Part shown: positions 37,673 to 50,764 of the stretch, piece by piece | Layout: every line of letters begins with the position of its first letter | Numbering within the stretch: the first letter of the stretch is position 1 | Assembly: GCF_036971445.1 (NCBI RefSeq) | Contig: NC_091478.1 | Coordinates: 36,394,001-36,458,000, forward strand | Direction: 5' to 3' | DNA from: Narcine bancroftii | Lineage: Eukaryota | Length of the DNA: 64,000 nt | The notes under the pieces: generated by a model | The model's input: the letters and a program-made list of their open reading frames with translations, nothing else | The model's database searches: none | What the model was told of the DNA's origin: nothing | Made by a program: the position numbers and the translations under genes

Positions 37673-39423
37673 GAAGAGGCCATTCTCTCTGAGATTCCCT
37701 GGCTCACATTTCCAACCATGACTCCTTTCAAGGCACTTTCCTGTTCAACAGTGGGCAATGAAATGAAACACCAACCCTTCAATCTCTTCCCTTCCCACAA
37801 TTAAAGCACCCATGTAGATTCATGAATGTATCTTCCAATTTAGTGTATTGCATTCATGCTCTCAACAGAGATGCCAGCCGCATATTGGGTGATCACTTTG
37901 CAGAACATCTTATTCGCTCCATAGCAATCCAGTTGCCTGTCACTTTAATTCTATATCCTATTCCAATTCTACCCTTTCTGAGCCTTTTAGACTCTTCTAA
38001 CAACGCCGAATAGAAGAACAGCATTTCTTCTTTCTTATGGTAATGTTGCAATCCTCTGCACTTAATATTGAACTGAGCAATTTTAGGTATCTGAACTGGC
38101 CATCTCTATGGAAGATCATTCACCAGTTACATCAGCTAGATTGTCTCAATTGACAATGCTTGATATGATGGGACAGTTCATTATTTTGTTTCATAATTAT
38201 AGCATCTGCTGTGCTCTACATCTTCTATGAGGTATTTGTTCTCTACCCTATCACAGCGAACTGCTTTCTTTTCTCTGCTCCTCTTCCTTCTGCAACTTAA
38301 AGTGTTCTTGCTTTCTCACCTTTCTAGTTGATTCTGTTCGTCTTTTGCCTGGCCTCTTTATTGTGTGATTTCCAATTTATTTAGAATCTGCAGATTTTGT
38401 TCAACGGTGCCCTGCTGCTGTTTGCCTTGGATAAATCTTTCCCTTTGACATTTTGTAATTATATTACCACTGATTAATTTTTGGATAAAAAGTCAATGCA
38501 AGAAATTAGAATGTTTACTTCACAGCCTAAATACCCTTTAATGACTTAGTCAATTTTACACCAAAATTCAAACGTCATCTCCATCACAGAAGGGGTGCCA
38601 ATTAAGCCATGTTTCTCATTTCTAGATTTAATAACTTGTTTTAAAAGTTTTTGTTGCCATTTGTATCTTTTTTTTTGTTCTCATTCTTAATCTGTTTGAT
38701 TCCCTCACAATAATCAATGTAATTTTAATTTACTTTATTCCTCCACAATCCATTGTTTCAGTTCTAATCTTTAAAATTCAATGGTCATGATGACGTGCAG
38801 TTTGATTGGGTCCCAGGTTTTGTCTTCACCATCTCATGATCTGCCAACATCTTAGAATGGTGTATTCTGTGTTGATGGATCTAATTAAGCAGGCATGCCT
38901 CAAAGTATCTGCTCTACAATCGAGCAATTATTTCAACAATTTTGGGTAAGAGCTGGAATATTGTGAGTTATTGCCATAAAATATGACCTATTTAATTCAA
39001 GTTTCAAGTTTGTTAATTGTCGTAAGTACAGAGCTACAGTGAGAAAAGTTGTTTTGTGTCCATCCCAACTGGTTAACTCGCACGTTCTATGAAAACATAG
39101 AACAGGTTGCAGGTTACAGAGAGAGATCACTGGTATGGCAGCATTATTTTGTTTGTGTTGGGTAGCAGCTGAAAGAAACAGTCCTTGAATCTGGTGATGT
39201 GTGATTTCACACTCGTCAGTCTCCTTCCTGACAGAAGGAAAGGGGAGGGGGAGGGGGGAAAGAGTATGGTTGGAGTTGGACGAGTCCTTTATTACATTGG
39301 CTGTATTTCCAAGGCAATGGGAAGTGTAGATGGAACTGGTGGAGGAGTTTATCTGATGGTCACAATTCAGCTACTGATGAAGGAAGGACACTCTGCAGTG
39401 GCAAGGATTGCAATTGTCAGCTA

Positions 39424-40084
39424 GTTTTCTTTGGCTTGGCTTCGCGGACGAAGATTTATGGAGGGGGTAAATGTCCCCGTCAGCTGCAGGCTCATTTGTG
39501 GCTGACAAGTCCGATGCAGGACAGGCAGACACGGTTGCAGGGGAAAATTGGTTGGTTGGGGTTGGGTGTTGGGTTTTTCCTCCTTTGCCTTTTGTCAGTG
39601 AGGTGGGCTCTGCGGTCTTCTTCAAAGGAGGTTGGTGCCCGCCGAACTGTGAGGCGCCAAGATGCACGGTTTGAGGCGAGATCAGCCCACTGGCGGTGGT
39701 CAATGGGGCAGGCACCAAGAGATTTCATTAGGCAGTCCTTGTCCCTCTTCTTTGGTGCACCTCTGTCACGGTGGCCAGTGGAGAGCTCGCCATATAACAC
39801 GATCTTGGGAAGGCGACGGTCCTCCATTCTGGAGACGTGACCCACCCAGCGCAGCTGGATCTTCAGCAGCGTGGACTCGACGTTGTCGGCCTCTGCCATC
39901 TCGAGTACTTCGACGCTAGGGATGAAAGCGCTCCGATGAATGTTGAGGATGGAGCGGAGACAACGCTGGTGGAAACGTTCTAGGAGCCGTAAGTGATGCC
40001 AGTAGAGGACCCATGATTCGGAGCCGAACAGGAGTGTGGGTATGACAACGGCTCTGTATACCCTGATCCTTGTGAGGTTTTAAC
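39424..40084 (-). mobile_element. AviRTE-like RTE 3' end, copy 3 (longest), with a 13-bp TSD
   Basis: ORF 39492-39899; TSD CAA(T/C)TGTCAGCTA at 39411-39423 and 40085-40097. Confidence 0.93.
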
Positions 40085-41487
40085 CAACTGTCAGCTAATA
40101 ACACATCAATAAATGCTGTGATTTTAACTGTTTAGGTGGCAGCATGGGGTCGGGCAGGTAATGCATGTGGGTCATTGAATTTGATTGTGGCATGCCAAAT
40201 TCTCTGTCAGGAAGGACAGAATTTCACAGCAAACTAAATTGGCATTTAAGCAGTGGCATTCTGAATTACACGAAGATGAACAAAGCTATAGTTGGAATGT
40301 GCCTTTCCCTTCCAAAGTGGTCACACGTCTTCTCAATGAGACTGGCCTACTTCCTCAAACAGTAGGCCTGGGTCAGTGACAGATTTTTGGCAGTGGTCAA
40401 TCATCTGCTTCTGAAGCGAGTATCTTGCGTAATTTTGTTCCTGTTTTATGAACCGAACACTTGTGTTTGCTCAGTGAGAATTGTTAGAGTTGCTTCTGCT
40501 TTTCCAGTTCCAGTTGCAGAAGGCAATAGCAGTGTGGTTGGAAATATCAGGATTTCCAAGCGGATGAGGAAATGACAACTCTGGGAGGGTTCTCCAAATG
40601 AGAGAAACGTGCCCCACATCTTGGCATTGAATAATCTTTCTGTCTTAAATATGCAGCAAACCCTTCTGGCAGGAGAAATTGGAGGGCCATCTTGCTGGGA
40701 GACCTTGGCAGCCATGTCCCAAAACTCCTGAATTAAATGCAGGTGTACTAAAACACACGCCATATGATTCTGGTCTCTGCATCCCTCAGGCTAAGGGTTG
40801 GACTGCAGTCCAATTAAAGTAATTAACACAGACTCTGCATGCTGTATAAATTTGGTGTGAAGTGGTTAATGGGCATGTAATGAAATCTGCAGAGGCTGGG
40901 GCTAAGTACAAACGTGCAGCTGAAACTCAGCAGGACCCATAGGAAGTAAAGGGTAACGACCATTTCAAACCTGCTTGGTTTCTCCAGCACGCTTGTGTCA
41001 TGTCAAAGGTTTTGATACCGTATATGAGATTAAACTCCTTAGAGGTTAGTGATGGAGAGATTTGGAGGAAGCAAATGAACATTGCACTGGGATGTGGGTT
41101 TGAAAACTACTTGTACGGAAATCACTTGCTACGTCTCAGCGCTGTTTGCTTTCCAAGACACTTGGATTTCTCAGTATTTTGAAGGTGAAGGTTTATGCTG
41201 TTATTGGGTGTAAACCATTTTTCTCAGGATCCTCTCCATTAGAGTGTCAGAGCAGTGGGGTGCCCACCTTGCGAGTGCCCTTAACACTTCCAGCACCTGC
41301 TTCATTTGGGGACTGACACCTTAAGATCTTCATTGGTGTTGGGCATTGCACAGGAATGTCGATGTTTTGCGCTCCTGACGTTGTTCACAGTTCTTGAGCA
41401 GAGTGGTGATAAGTGTATTGGGACTGGAATGCTTGCACACAAAATCACAGATTCACTTCTTGCAGGACCAACACACTCTTTTCAGCC

Positions 41488-41700
41488 TGACACAAAAGTG
41501 CTGGAGAAACTCAGCAGGTCATGAAAGCACGAAGGCCCCAGGCTCCAAATGGGGCCTGGGGCCTTCGTTGGGAATTCCCGTCAGGCCCGAAACGTCGTCT
41601 ACCCTTTACTTCATATGGCTATTGCGTGACCCGATGAGCTTCTCCTGCACATTTGCGTACTGCACTCTTCCCCAGAGTTTGTAGACTTCCTTGTTTAATA
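41488..41700. mobile_element. Penelope-derived fold-back with hammerhead-like remnants
   Basis: gtgctggagaaactcagcaggtca arm versus tgacccgatgagcttctcctgcac arm; internal caggcccGAAACGTC. Confidence 0.75.
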
Positions 41701-42959
41701 CTGTATTGGCCTTAGTTTTTGCTTCACTTATGATTTCTTGGCACAGATCTTCTGTAGCCCATGACACCGTAACAGAGCAATTAAAGCCTCTAGAAGTGTT
41801 GAATCATAATCTAACTACAAATGTAGATTTCCAGTGAAAAAAGTGTTTCTGGTAATTAACATAATACATTAAAAATGATGCAATGAACAAATGTAGATTC
41901 ATGTATTTCTCATCCTGCCCCTGTGTTGTGTAGAAGCTTCAGTGAAAATATGGGTGATCCCATGGCAACCTCCTTTATACATTCAAAATGGGGCTAAAGC
42001 AGCTTTAATGCATAGAAAAGCTTCCTTGCCACTTCTTCACTTATTGTTAGTGTAAAGGTTCATCTAATTTAAATCACATTAAATGTACCTTTGAATTTTA
42101 TTTTTATCTATGCCAAGTTGTTTCTGTAAAATCACATGAATATTTCATTAATACAAGTTAAAGACTTCACTAATTAAATGGAAGCTCTTTCATTTTATTT
42201 GCTGCTTGAGCGCAATTCATCTCTTCAAAATAATAAGCTGTCTTTTGTTGTGAGATTGCATGGTTTTCGAAGTTTGCACAAGATATAAGAATATTTGGTT
42301 TAAAGTTTTCACATAAAAACGATAATAGCATTCCCTGCAATGATTACAATTAGCTGGTTACCTCAAACATTTGGATGCCAACTTCAAGTAACTTAGAACA
42401 TTAGACAGAGAGAGGCCTAGCGGATTCTAAAAAAAAGTGCAATTGAGACTATTGTCACTTGCCGACTTTTGGGTTGTCAATTAGGATAGATCAAATCCCT
42501 CCAACACCTTCACAGGTAGTGATTTCCAGCCACCCACTGTTCTTGGTTGAAAACTTTTTTGAAAAAGTCATCCAGTTCCTCCAAACCCTGTAGTTTCTAA
42601 GCAGTCAGAGGAGATTTGACCCAGCATTGAATACTCAATCAAGCTTCTGCAGATGCACACTGGAAAATATACTGACAGGTTGCATCACAGCTTGGTTCGG
42701 GTAATTGTGCAGGAACACAGAAGGCTGCAGAAGGCAGTAAACATAGCCAGGCCCACCACAGGCTCTGACCTCTCATCCTTTTCAGGTATCTATGTGAGGT
42801 CTTGCCTCAGGAAGGCAGGCAACATCATAAAGGGCCCTTTCATTGTGGTGACAACCTCTTCTCACTGCAGAATGTACAGAATCCTTTAAACCTGCACCTC
42901 TTGGTTCAAGAACACTCCCCCCCCCACCCCCCCAAAATAGCTATCAGACTCTTTGTTTT

Positions 42960-43560
42960 TCAATTTTTGATTTGCTTTTTATAATAAGAATGGGGAGCGA
43001 AACTGAAAATACAATATCATGAAAGATAAAACTTCAAACAATATAAACTTGCCCCCCCTCCATTGCACTGGATGAAGACAGAAAAGATATAAAAATATAT
43101 ATATTTAAAACCCCCAACCTAACATACTAATTTAACAAAAAGAAATCACATCTGAGCAGCTTTTTCTGAGGGTTACATATATTTTGTAGCTTTTGATTCA
43201 TACGGTGAATCAAAAACACAAAGATAAGATTATATCCAGTCAGGAAGAGTGAGTACATCCAATCACATTAAAAACATTAACTTCAAATGAAAATAAGACA
43301 TAAAAGCTCCCCATTTTTCTTCTAACTTCACTGATGAATCAAATACATAATATCTTTTTTTCCTGAACTTTATCGGGACATGAGAGAACCGTTAAAACAC
43401 TGTTGGGGGTCGAGAGTCTTTCCATTTCAATAAGACGGCTCTTCTGTCCAACAACGTAGAGAAGGCCAGAGCATGTGCGCAGGTACAGAAGAACTCCCTT
43501 TGTCGGGTGCAATAACCCCACAAAGAGCAGTAATTGGATTGGGTCATAGCTCCACCCAAA
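42960..43560 (-). mobile_element. Old L1-clade 3' fragment
   Basis: Minus strand PNPITALCG...ALAFSTLL.RR, like an L1 ORF2 C-terminus, followed by a 3'UTR-like region. Confidence 0.55.
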
Positions 43561-44924
43561 ATACAGTTGAAAAGATATTAAATATTTCTTTCCAATAGAT
43601 TTCTAAAGATGGACAAGACCAAAACATGTGTCAATGTAGTGTTACGAGTTTGGTGAACCCCATATACCATCAGCAATAGAAATACACCAAAGCACATTGT
43701 CTTCTGAGTTATAGCATCTTTCTTGCTTTTTGTCCATTTCAACAATGGGACAGAGATCAAGCCATTTATATCTGTCTGTCAGTTCACAAAATGTTAAACA
43801 TGTTCTGTAGCTTTTTAAAATTAAGATCCAGTGATTTTTTTTTCTCATTATCTTCTTCTGGCTATTTCTTGTGCAGGTTTGTATAACTGGATATGAACCT
43901 AATCAGCTTTTTATTGCAGCCGCCTTTGTAGATCTGGTGAAAGGGATGGAAACATAAGTTGGTTCTATTCTGCAGAAGCATCAAAATCAGGACTGCCGGG
44001 CTGGGAATAGCAGGCGGTGAGATGGTCGAATGGTATCCTGCAACCTTAGTTCTTCTATAATGAAATAAGTAAATTATTCCAAAAGATAATATATATATGA
44101 TTAGTGTATGCTGTGCTTGGTGTGTGTGTACCATGCTCCAGAGAAATGCTGTTTCACCTGGTTGCATATATACAGTCAAATGATAATGAACTTAAATGAG
44201 ACCCAATCTGCTGAATGTTTCCAACTCTTTATGTTTTGTCTTAAATTGTCAGCATCTACAGACGTTTTTTCCAAATCACTTTATAATATTTACACGACCC
44301 ATGGAGCAGGTTTGAGCAGTTGTTCGGCCAAATCGATTCTTGTCATCCTAAATTTCACACAAAGCTTTTGGAAAAAAAACCACAGCAACGTTTGATAGTT
44401 GCGCGAGGACCACCATCAACCCATTTCCAACTCGTATGTGCTTTAAATAATTCAACATAATTAGATATTGAGGAGAGAATGAAAACTGTACAATCGACAC
44501 GTTTGCAATTATCTTTCATTTCAGGCTGCTTTTTACATGGTGAAACATTGTTTATCTAAATTGGGAACAGAATATGCCATTTTGTGTGGCGGTGACACTT
44601 AAACTGTCTGCAAATGATGCAAGCCTGCAAGCGGTCATTGAACGGGTAACATGCTTCTGTTTGTACAACCATTCTAATGTTGACTGACTATAAATCTAAA
44701 CTGATTCAAGAATGCAGTTAGGTTCTTTGTTTTTTTTCAGTAACAGTAGATAAAAGGCCATTCTAAGAGCCGTTACAGAAAGATTGCAGCCATGGACATT
44801 TTACCTTTTGAGGGCAAATTTTGATGATGTGAAATAAATTGATGAACTGCACAGCTTTTTTTCTTATATTAATGGCATTAAAAAGGTGGTTTTCGAGAGT
44901 TATTTGAATGAGGCAAGACAAAAG

Positions 44925-45165
44925 GGTGGCACGGTTAGAATAGTGGTTAGTGCAACACGTTTACCACACCAGCGACCTGGGCCGGAATCTGGTGCTGTAC
45001 AGAGTTTGCACATTCGCCCCGTGTCTGCTTGGGTTTCATCTGGGTGCTCCATTCACCTCTCACCCTTCAAAAATATATGGGATTGTAGGTTAATTTGGTG
45101 AACTTGGGTGCCACGGGCATGTGGGCCAAATGGCCTGTTACTGTGCTGTCTGCCTAAATTTTAAA
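44925..45165 (+). mobile_element. V-SINE, full length
   Basis: gggtggcacggttag..tagtggttagtgc (A-box); gagtttgcacattcgccccgtgtctgcttgggtttcatctgggtgctcc; tail gcctgttactgtgctg. Confidence 0.85.
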
Positions 45166-45809
45166 AAAAGCAATGCTGAGAATGTAATTATCTAAAAATT
45201 CCAACCCGAAATATCCACTATCCCTTTGCCTCCATAGATGCTGTGTGTCCTGCTGAGTTCCTTCATCAGTTTTTTTTTTGGTTATTTTATATGGGGGAAT
45301 GGAGGATGGTAAATATGTGAGTGTAAATATTTATAATTGGAGGTTGGAGGATTGGGGGCGGGGTGTGGAGACTGGCAATATACTGCATTGGGTTTTGGCA
45401 GAAGAAATTTACCAGTGCATTTTAGATGGGATGCGACAGACAAATGTTCATACGTGGATCAGGAAAGGGATGGGGAACATCTTAGGGAGGGGGGTAGTTG
45501 TCAGCTAGTGATGTGAGGCCTCCAGTTGGAGTGAAGGATGGGTCAGGATTAGGCAGATTTATTCCATAGGATATAAATAAGTTTTCAATTTACTTTGCAA
45601 GACTGCAGGTTTGGGACTATTCACATAACAGCTTGTGTTTTTTTTAAGGGATGCCCAATTATGGGCAACCCTAGACAATGTGGTTCAAGATCTCTGACAA
45701 TGTGCAGAGGGGAAAAAAATTACACCAGTGGTTTGCTCATACCCTGGTGAAGGGCTCAGGCCTGCATTGTTAGCTACCCTTTCTAGATGCATTCGGGCAT
45801 TGCACTATC

Positions 45810-46645
45810 ATGTCAGTGCCTGCACACCTTCCTATTTTCTGCACCCAAGTTGAGGACTTCTATGCCAGATCATCAGAGATGTCTTCCTTCTTCAAACAAC
45901 ATGGCTTTCCCTCTACCACCATCAACTCGGCCCTCACCTGCATATCCTCCATTACCTGCACACCTGTCCTGGCCCCCTCCGCCCCCATGTGCAGCAAAGG
46001 CAGGATTCCTCTCGTACTCACCTACCACCTGTAAGGTAAAACATCATGAGATGGGAATGTGTAAGGAGTTACCCTGTACAGGGCTGTAACAAGATGTGAA
46101 TGCATCCTTGTACTTACAAGATAAGAGAGACATTGATGGATTGAGAGGCAGGAAGCTAGCAGGGAAAGGATAGCAACAGTTTTAGTCATTGGACAAGTAA
46201 TGATATGATGATGTTCTAAGCATGTATCCAAGGGTATAAAAAAATCACCATTTTGCTGATAACGGCAGAATGCATTCTCCGACTAACATTGTTAGTCGCA
46301 AGTGTTACAATCCGGTAATAAAGAACAAAGAACCCTGATTTCGACTCAGTCTGGTGTTTGTCTCACTCATTCATGAACAAAGCAGACCTAACACACCCCA
46401 CCAGCCTCTACATCCAATACATTTTCCTCCGCCATTTCTGCAACCTAGTACGTGATCCCACAAGTAGACGCATATTCCCCTCTCCTGCCTTTCGCAGGGA
46501 CCACTCCCTCTGTAACAATCTTGTCCACTCCTTCCACCCAACCAACCCCCCCCCCTCCCCTCCTTGGGTCCTTCCCCAGTGACCACAGGAGATGCTCAAC
46601 TTGCGCCCACACCTCCTCCCTCACCACCATTCGGGACCCCAAGTA
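45810..46645 (+). mobile_element. Penelope-like element ORF fragment (RT C-terminus / linker), interrupted by a solo LTR
   Basis: SEMSSFFKQHGFP..RIPLVLTYH|PTSLYIQ..LRHF..L.RDP..AFRRDHSL.NNLVHS..RRCSTC. Confidence 0.85.
46030..46393 (+). mobile_element. Solo LTR (364 bp) with TSD CACC
   Basis: TGTAAGGT...ACCTAACA; CACC at 46026-46029 and 46394-46397; ATTGG near 46188, TATAAA 46235-46240, AATAAA 46317-46322. Confidence 0.92.
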
Positions 46646-46744
46646 GCTAAAACTAAAAAGCCCAGAGATGAATATTGTCCACATGGGTGACTAATGTTAG
46701 ACATTTTCTGACTCACTGTTGTTTCAGATAGGTTAACAGACAGC

Positions 46745-46915
46745 AGGGTGCTGCAGCTAGTAGAATTGTTGCCTCACAGCTCAATGACATAGGCTGTCCT
46801 CTGGTGCTATCCCTGTGGAGTTTGCATGTTCTCCCGGTGAATGAATGTTTCCTCTGGGTGCTCCAGTTTTTTTCCCCTCCAAATCCAAAGAACTGCAGGT
46901 TGGTGTCTTAATTGT
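46745..46915 (+). mobile_element. V-SINE
   Basis: ctgtggagtttgcatgttctcccgg..gtttcctctgggtgctccagtttt. Confidence 0.75.
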
Positions 46916-47109
46916 TTTATTTTTATGGAGTATGCTCTGATTCGATAATTTTTAGAACAATGTAATTTATCCCTTAATTCTTCTATTGATTCTTCAACAT
47001 GATGTCACTATATAGGGTTCCTGGTGAATTCTACCTTAACTTCATGAATTAGGATGGGAGAGGCTGCTCCAACACTAAGCATCCACTGTCCTTGTATGAC
47101 TTCTGATGC

Positions 47110-47490
47110 AGCGAATATACATCTCAGCTTTGAGTAAGGGTGTTATGAGTTCAAGCTCCACTGAGAAAACGTGAGCCTATTAGGTCTACAAGCAGGCACT
47201 ACTGTCAGAGCATTGCATTGTCAGAGTACCATTTTGCTGAGTGGACCTAAATCTATGGAAATCTGCCTCATGAAGTTATTGTTAGTAATCGCAGAGCAGC
47301 GTGTTGCAGGAAATTAGTTGACTTTGCTGTCAGTCAACATTCCTAAAGCAAACTGAGCTGTTTACCTCATTGGGTTTGTGTCAGCTTGCTCTCTGCAGAG
47401 AATGAACTTCGCTAAATGTTAGTCACTGTACAATCTTTAACTTGTTCTGAAGTCATCAAAGTGACCATGTGAATGGAAGATCTTTATTTT
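47110..47490 (+). mobile_element. Old DeuSINE (SacSINE1-like)
   Basis: tRNA-like head (ctttgagt..gagttcaagctccact), Deu-like ctcattgggtttgtgtcagcttgct, tail gtcatcaaagtg..atggaagatcttt. Confidence 0.55.
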
Positions 47491-47739
47491 GTTCTTACAG
47501 CTGATGGGTGACTTCACAGTTCGAGCAGTTATTGTGTTGTGGGTTGTGATTGACAGGACTGTGCTGAGTTGACAAGCTTCTGCTGTCATCCTCTGATTAA
47601 ATTGCCTCCTGTGTTATTGCTTCTGTTTTCATCCTTATCAACAGAACACCAGCTCAAAGCTTTAGATTCTTTGCGATCCCAAACAAAACAACATCATTCA
47701 CAGTAAGTAGATGACACCAGAGACTGTCAAAGCTGTACT

Positions 47740-47935
47740 TCTGTACAAACAAACTGCTGGAGGATCTCCATGAGCCAGGCAATATCTGTGGAGGCAACAG
47801 GATAGTCAACCTCTTGGGATGAGAGCCTACCTCAGATCTGTTCTGATGCGGGTCTCCATACGAAATGTCAGCATTCGCCTTACCTCCACAGACGCTGCCT
47901 GGCCAACTGACTTCCTCCAGCAGTTTGTTTTCTTT
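47740..47935. mobile_element. Penelope-derived fold-back
   Basis: acaaactgctggagga..ctgtggaggcaa versus tacctccacag..cctccagcagtttgt; core CTGATG..GAAATGTC. Confidence 0.75.
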
Positions 47936-47989
47936 ATTCCCAGTAGGTAATTTGATTAACTCCCCCACTCAAATTTACCAATTTATATG

Positions 47990-48494
47990 TCTTTCTTCTT
48001 TGACTTGGCTTCGCGAACGAAGATTTATGGAGGGGTAAAGTCCACGTCAGCTGCAGGCTCGTTTGTGGCTGACAAGTCCGATGCGCGACAGGCAGACACG
48101 GTTGCAGCGGTTGCAAGGAAAAATTGGTGGGTTGGGTGTTGGGTTTTTCCTCCTTTGTTTTTTGACAGTGAGGTGGGCTCTGCGGTCTTCTTCAAAGGAG
48201 GTTGGTGCCCGCCGAACTGTGAGGCGCCAAGATTCACGGTTTGAGGCGAGATCAGCCCACTGGCGGTGGTCAATGTGGCAGGCACCAAGAGCTTTCTTTA
48301 GGCAGTCCTTGTACCTCTTCTTTGGTGCACCTCTGTCTCGGTGGCCAGTGGAGAGCTCGCCATATAACACGATCTTGGGAAGGCGATGATCCTCCATTCT
48401 GGAGACGTGACCTACCCAGCGCAGTTTGATCTTCAGCAGCATGGATTCGATGCTGTCAGCCTCTGCCATCTCGAGTACTTCGATGTTGGAGATG
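47990..48494 (-). mobile_element. AviRTE-like RTE 3' end, copy 4
   Basis: ORF 48047-48469. Confidence 0.92.
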
Positions 48495-49624
48495 TAATGT
48501 TTAAAAAAAATACTGATTTCAGATCAAAATGCAACCCCTCAGAGACTTTCCCTGAATATCTGGTTTTTATATGCTGATATCAAATGACACACAAGGGACA
48601 GGTAGCGAAACAAAACTAGATTTAAAGAAGGTTATTTCAATGGATGGAAAGACGGTGGAAGAGGATTGAGGGGAGCGTTTGCAATATCCTAAGAATTCGG
48701 AATGCTGTTCATATGTTCTAAAGGTCTGATGAGTTGCTCATTCAGAATTGGGGAATACATTCACTGAAATATTTTGTGGGATGTGAGGCAGGGATGGGTC
48801 AATACTGAGTGGAGGAAGATACAATTGAAAAAAAGTGAGGCATCCTCTGCATTATTTGGCTTGGTGGAAATACCAATGGACCCTACATTGATATGGTGCC
48901 CATTGCTCAGGTTGTGCTGCCACCCCTTTACTTAGATTATTCACTTCATGAATTTAGTAAGTTAATGATTTGATCCCTTTAACCCTTCTGCAAGATGCAC
49001 AACATTAACCCAGAGCTGGGCAGAATTCATTTGCTGAGTATGGTGAATATCCATTGAATCTGACTATTCAGTGAACATACCTTGGGAAGTTTCTTTGTGT
49101 AAAATCATAGGCTTGCTCTTGTACCTTCTTTTCCTGTGTGAACTGTGCAAAGAATAGGGGGTGAACATTGAACTATATTCTGATTATCTTCAATTGATGG
49201 ATCATATCTCATGTTTAGTCTTGTACAGACAGGGCTCCTGGAGCACAAACCTAACTGTATATCTAACTTTTATCTTGGTCCTTTGTAGTTCCCAAGCAGA
49301 GAGTAGTATGAAACTACCACTCTTCCTGTGGTAGAATTTTAATGACTATCACAAATTTTCTCTATTTCAAAAAGTAGCGCTGTTCCATTTTTGTTTTCCT
49401 TATTGATTTCCTTAGAATTTAAGAAATTTTGGCTGTGTCAAGTAACAATGAAACCCTTTCATGATTAAAGGTCACTTATTGGTTTTTTTTCTCCCTCTGG
49501 TGTTATTTGTTCCACCCTCCCAAAATTTGCGATTACATAAAATGCTTTTGCTCAAGTCCCAACTTGGAAACTGTACTGTTTGACATAGTCCTGTGTCCTC
49601 TGATCTACACAATAAAATCAAGAT

Positions 49625-50760
49625 TCAACCATAGAACATCTAGGCTGTGCAGAAGTTTTTTTTGGCTAGTCCCACTGACCTGCACCCAGTCCACAGCCTC
49701 TCCCATCCATGTACCAAATTCTTCTTAAATGTTAAAATTTATCCCCCATTTACCACTTGAGTGGCAGCTTGTTCCACACTCCCACCACACTCTGTGTGAA
49801 GATGCTCACCGAAAGTTCTCCCTAAACTTTACCCCGTTCACACTGAACCCATGTCTTCTGGTTTGTATCTCACCTACTCTCAATGGAAAAAAACCCTATC
49901 TACATTTACTCTGTCTATCCCCCTCATAATTTTAATTACCTCTATCAAATCTCCCCTCATTCTACACTCCAGGGAATAAAGTTCTAACCTGTTTAATCTT
50001 TCCCTGTAACTCAGTTCCTGGAGTTAAAGCAACATCCTAGTAAATCCTTCTCTGCACTCTTTCTATCTTATTGATATCTTTCCTGTAGTTAGGTGACCAA
50101 AACTGCACATAATATTCCAAATTTGGCCTCACCAATGTATTGTATAACTTTAACATAACATCCCAACTCCTATACTCAGTACTTTGATTTATGAAGGCTA
50201 ATACGCCCAAAGCTCTCTTTACAACCCTATCCACCCATGACACCACTTTCAAGGAATTATGTATCTGTATTTTCAGATCCCTCTGTTCTACCGCACTCCT
50301 CAGAGTACATGTATGTACTTTCTTGGTTTGTCCTTCCAAAATGGAACATCTTACACTTGTCTGCATTAAATTCCATCTGCCATTTTTCAGTCCATTTTTC
50401 CAGCTGGCCCAGATCCCTCTGGAAGGTTTGAAAACCTTCTTCACTGTCCATAAAGGTTCCAATCTTAGTGTCATTTGCAAACTTGTTGATCCAATTTACC
50501 ACATTATCATCTGGATCATTGATATAGATGACAAACAATAATGGTCTCAGCACTGATCCCTGAGGCTCCTAGACCCAGGGATCCAGTCTGAGAAGCAAAC
50601 ATCCATCATCATTCTCTGGCTTCTCCTGTCCAGCCATTGTTGAAACCAGTTAACTACTTCACCATGAATACCTTAGTGTTTGAACCTTCCTGAATAACCT
50701 CCCATGTAGGACCTTGTCAAAGGTTTCACTAAAGTCCATGTAGACAACATCCACATTTTC
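49625..50760 (-). mobile_element. CR1 LINE 3' part (about 1.1 kb, frameshifted RT C-terminus)
   Basis: PLLFVIYIND..KFANDTKIG..WQMEFNADKCK; LYNTLVRPNLEY.VQFWSP..KDINKIERVQRR. Confidence 0.92.
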
Positions 50761-50764
50761 TTTG

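Noticed and set aside
43640-43710. Solo LTR related to the outer LTR at 62609
   Set aside because: Only about 60 bp of similarity (tgttacgagt..cagcaataga.atacacca); no far end or TSD found.
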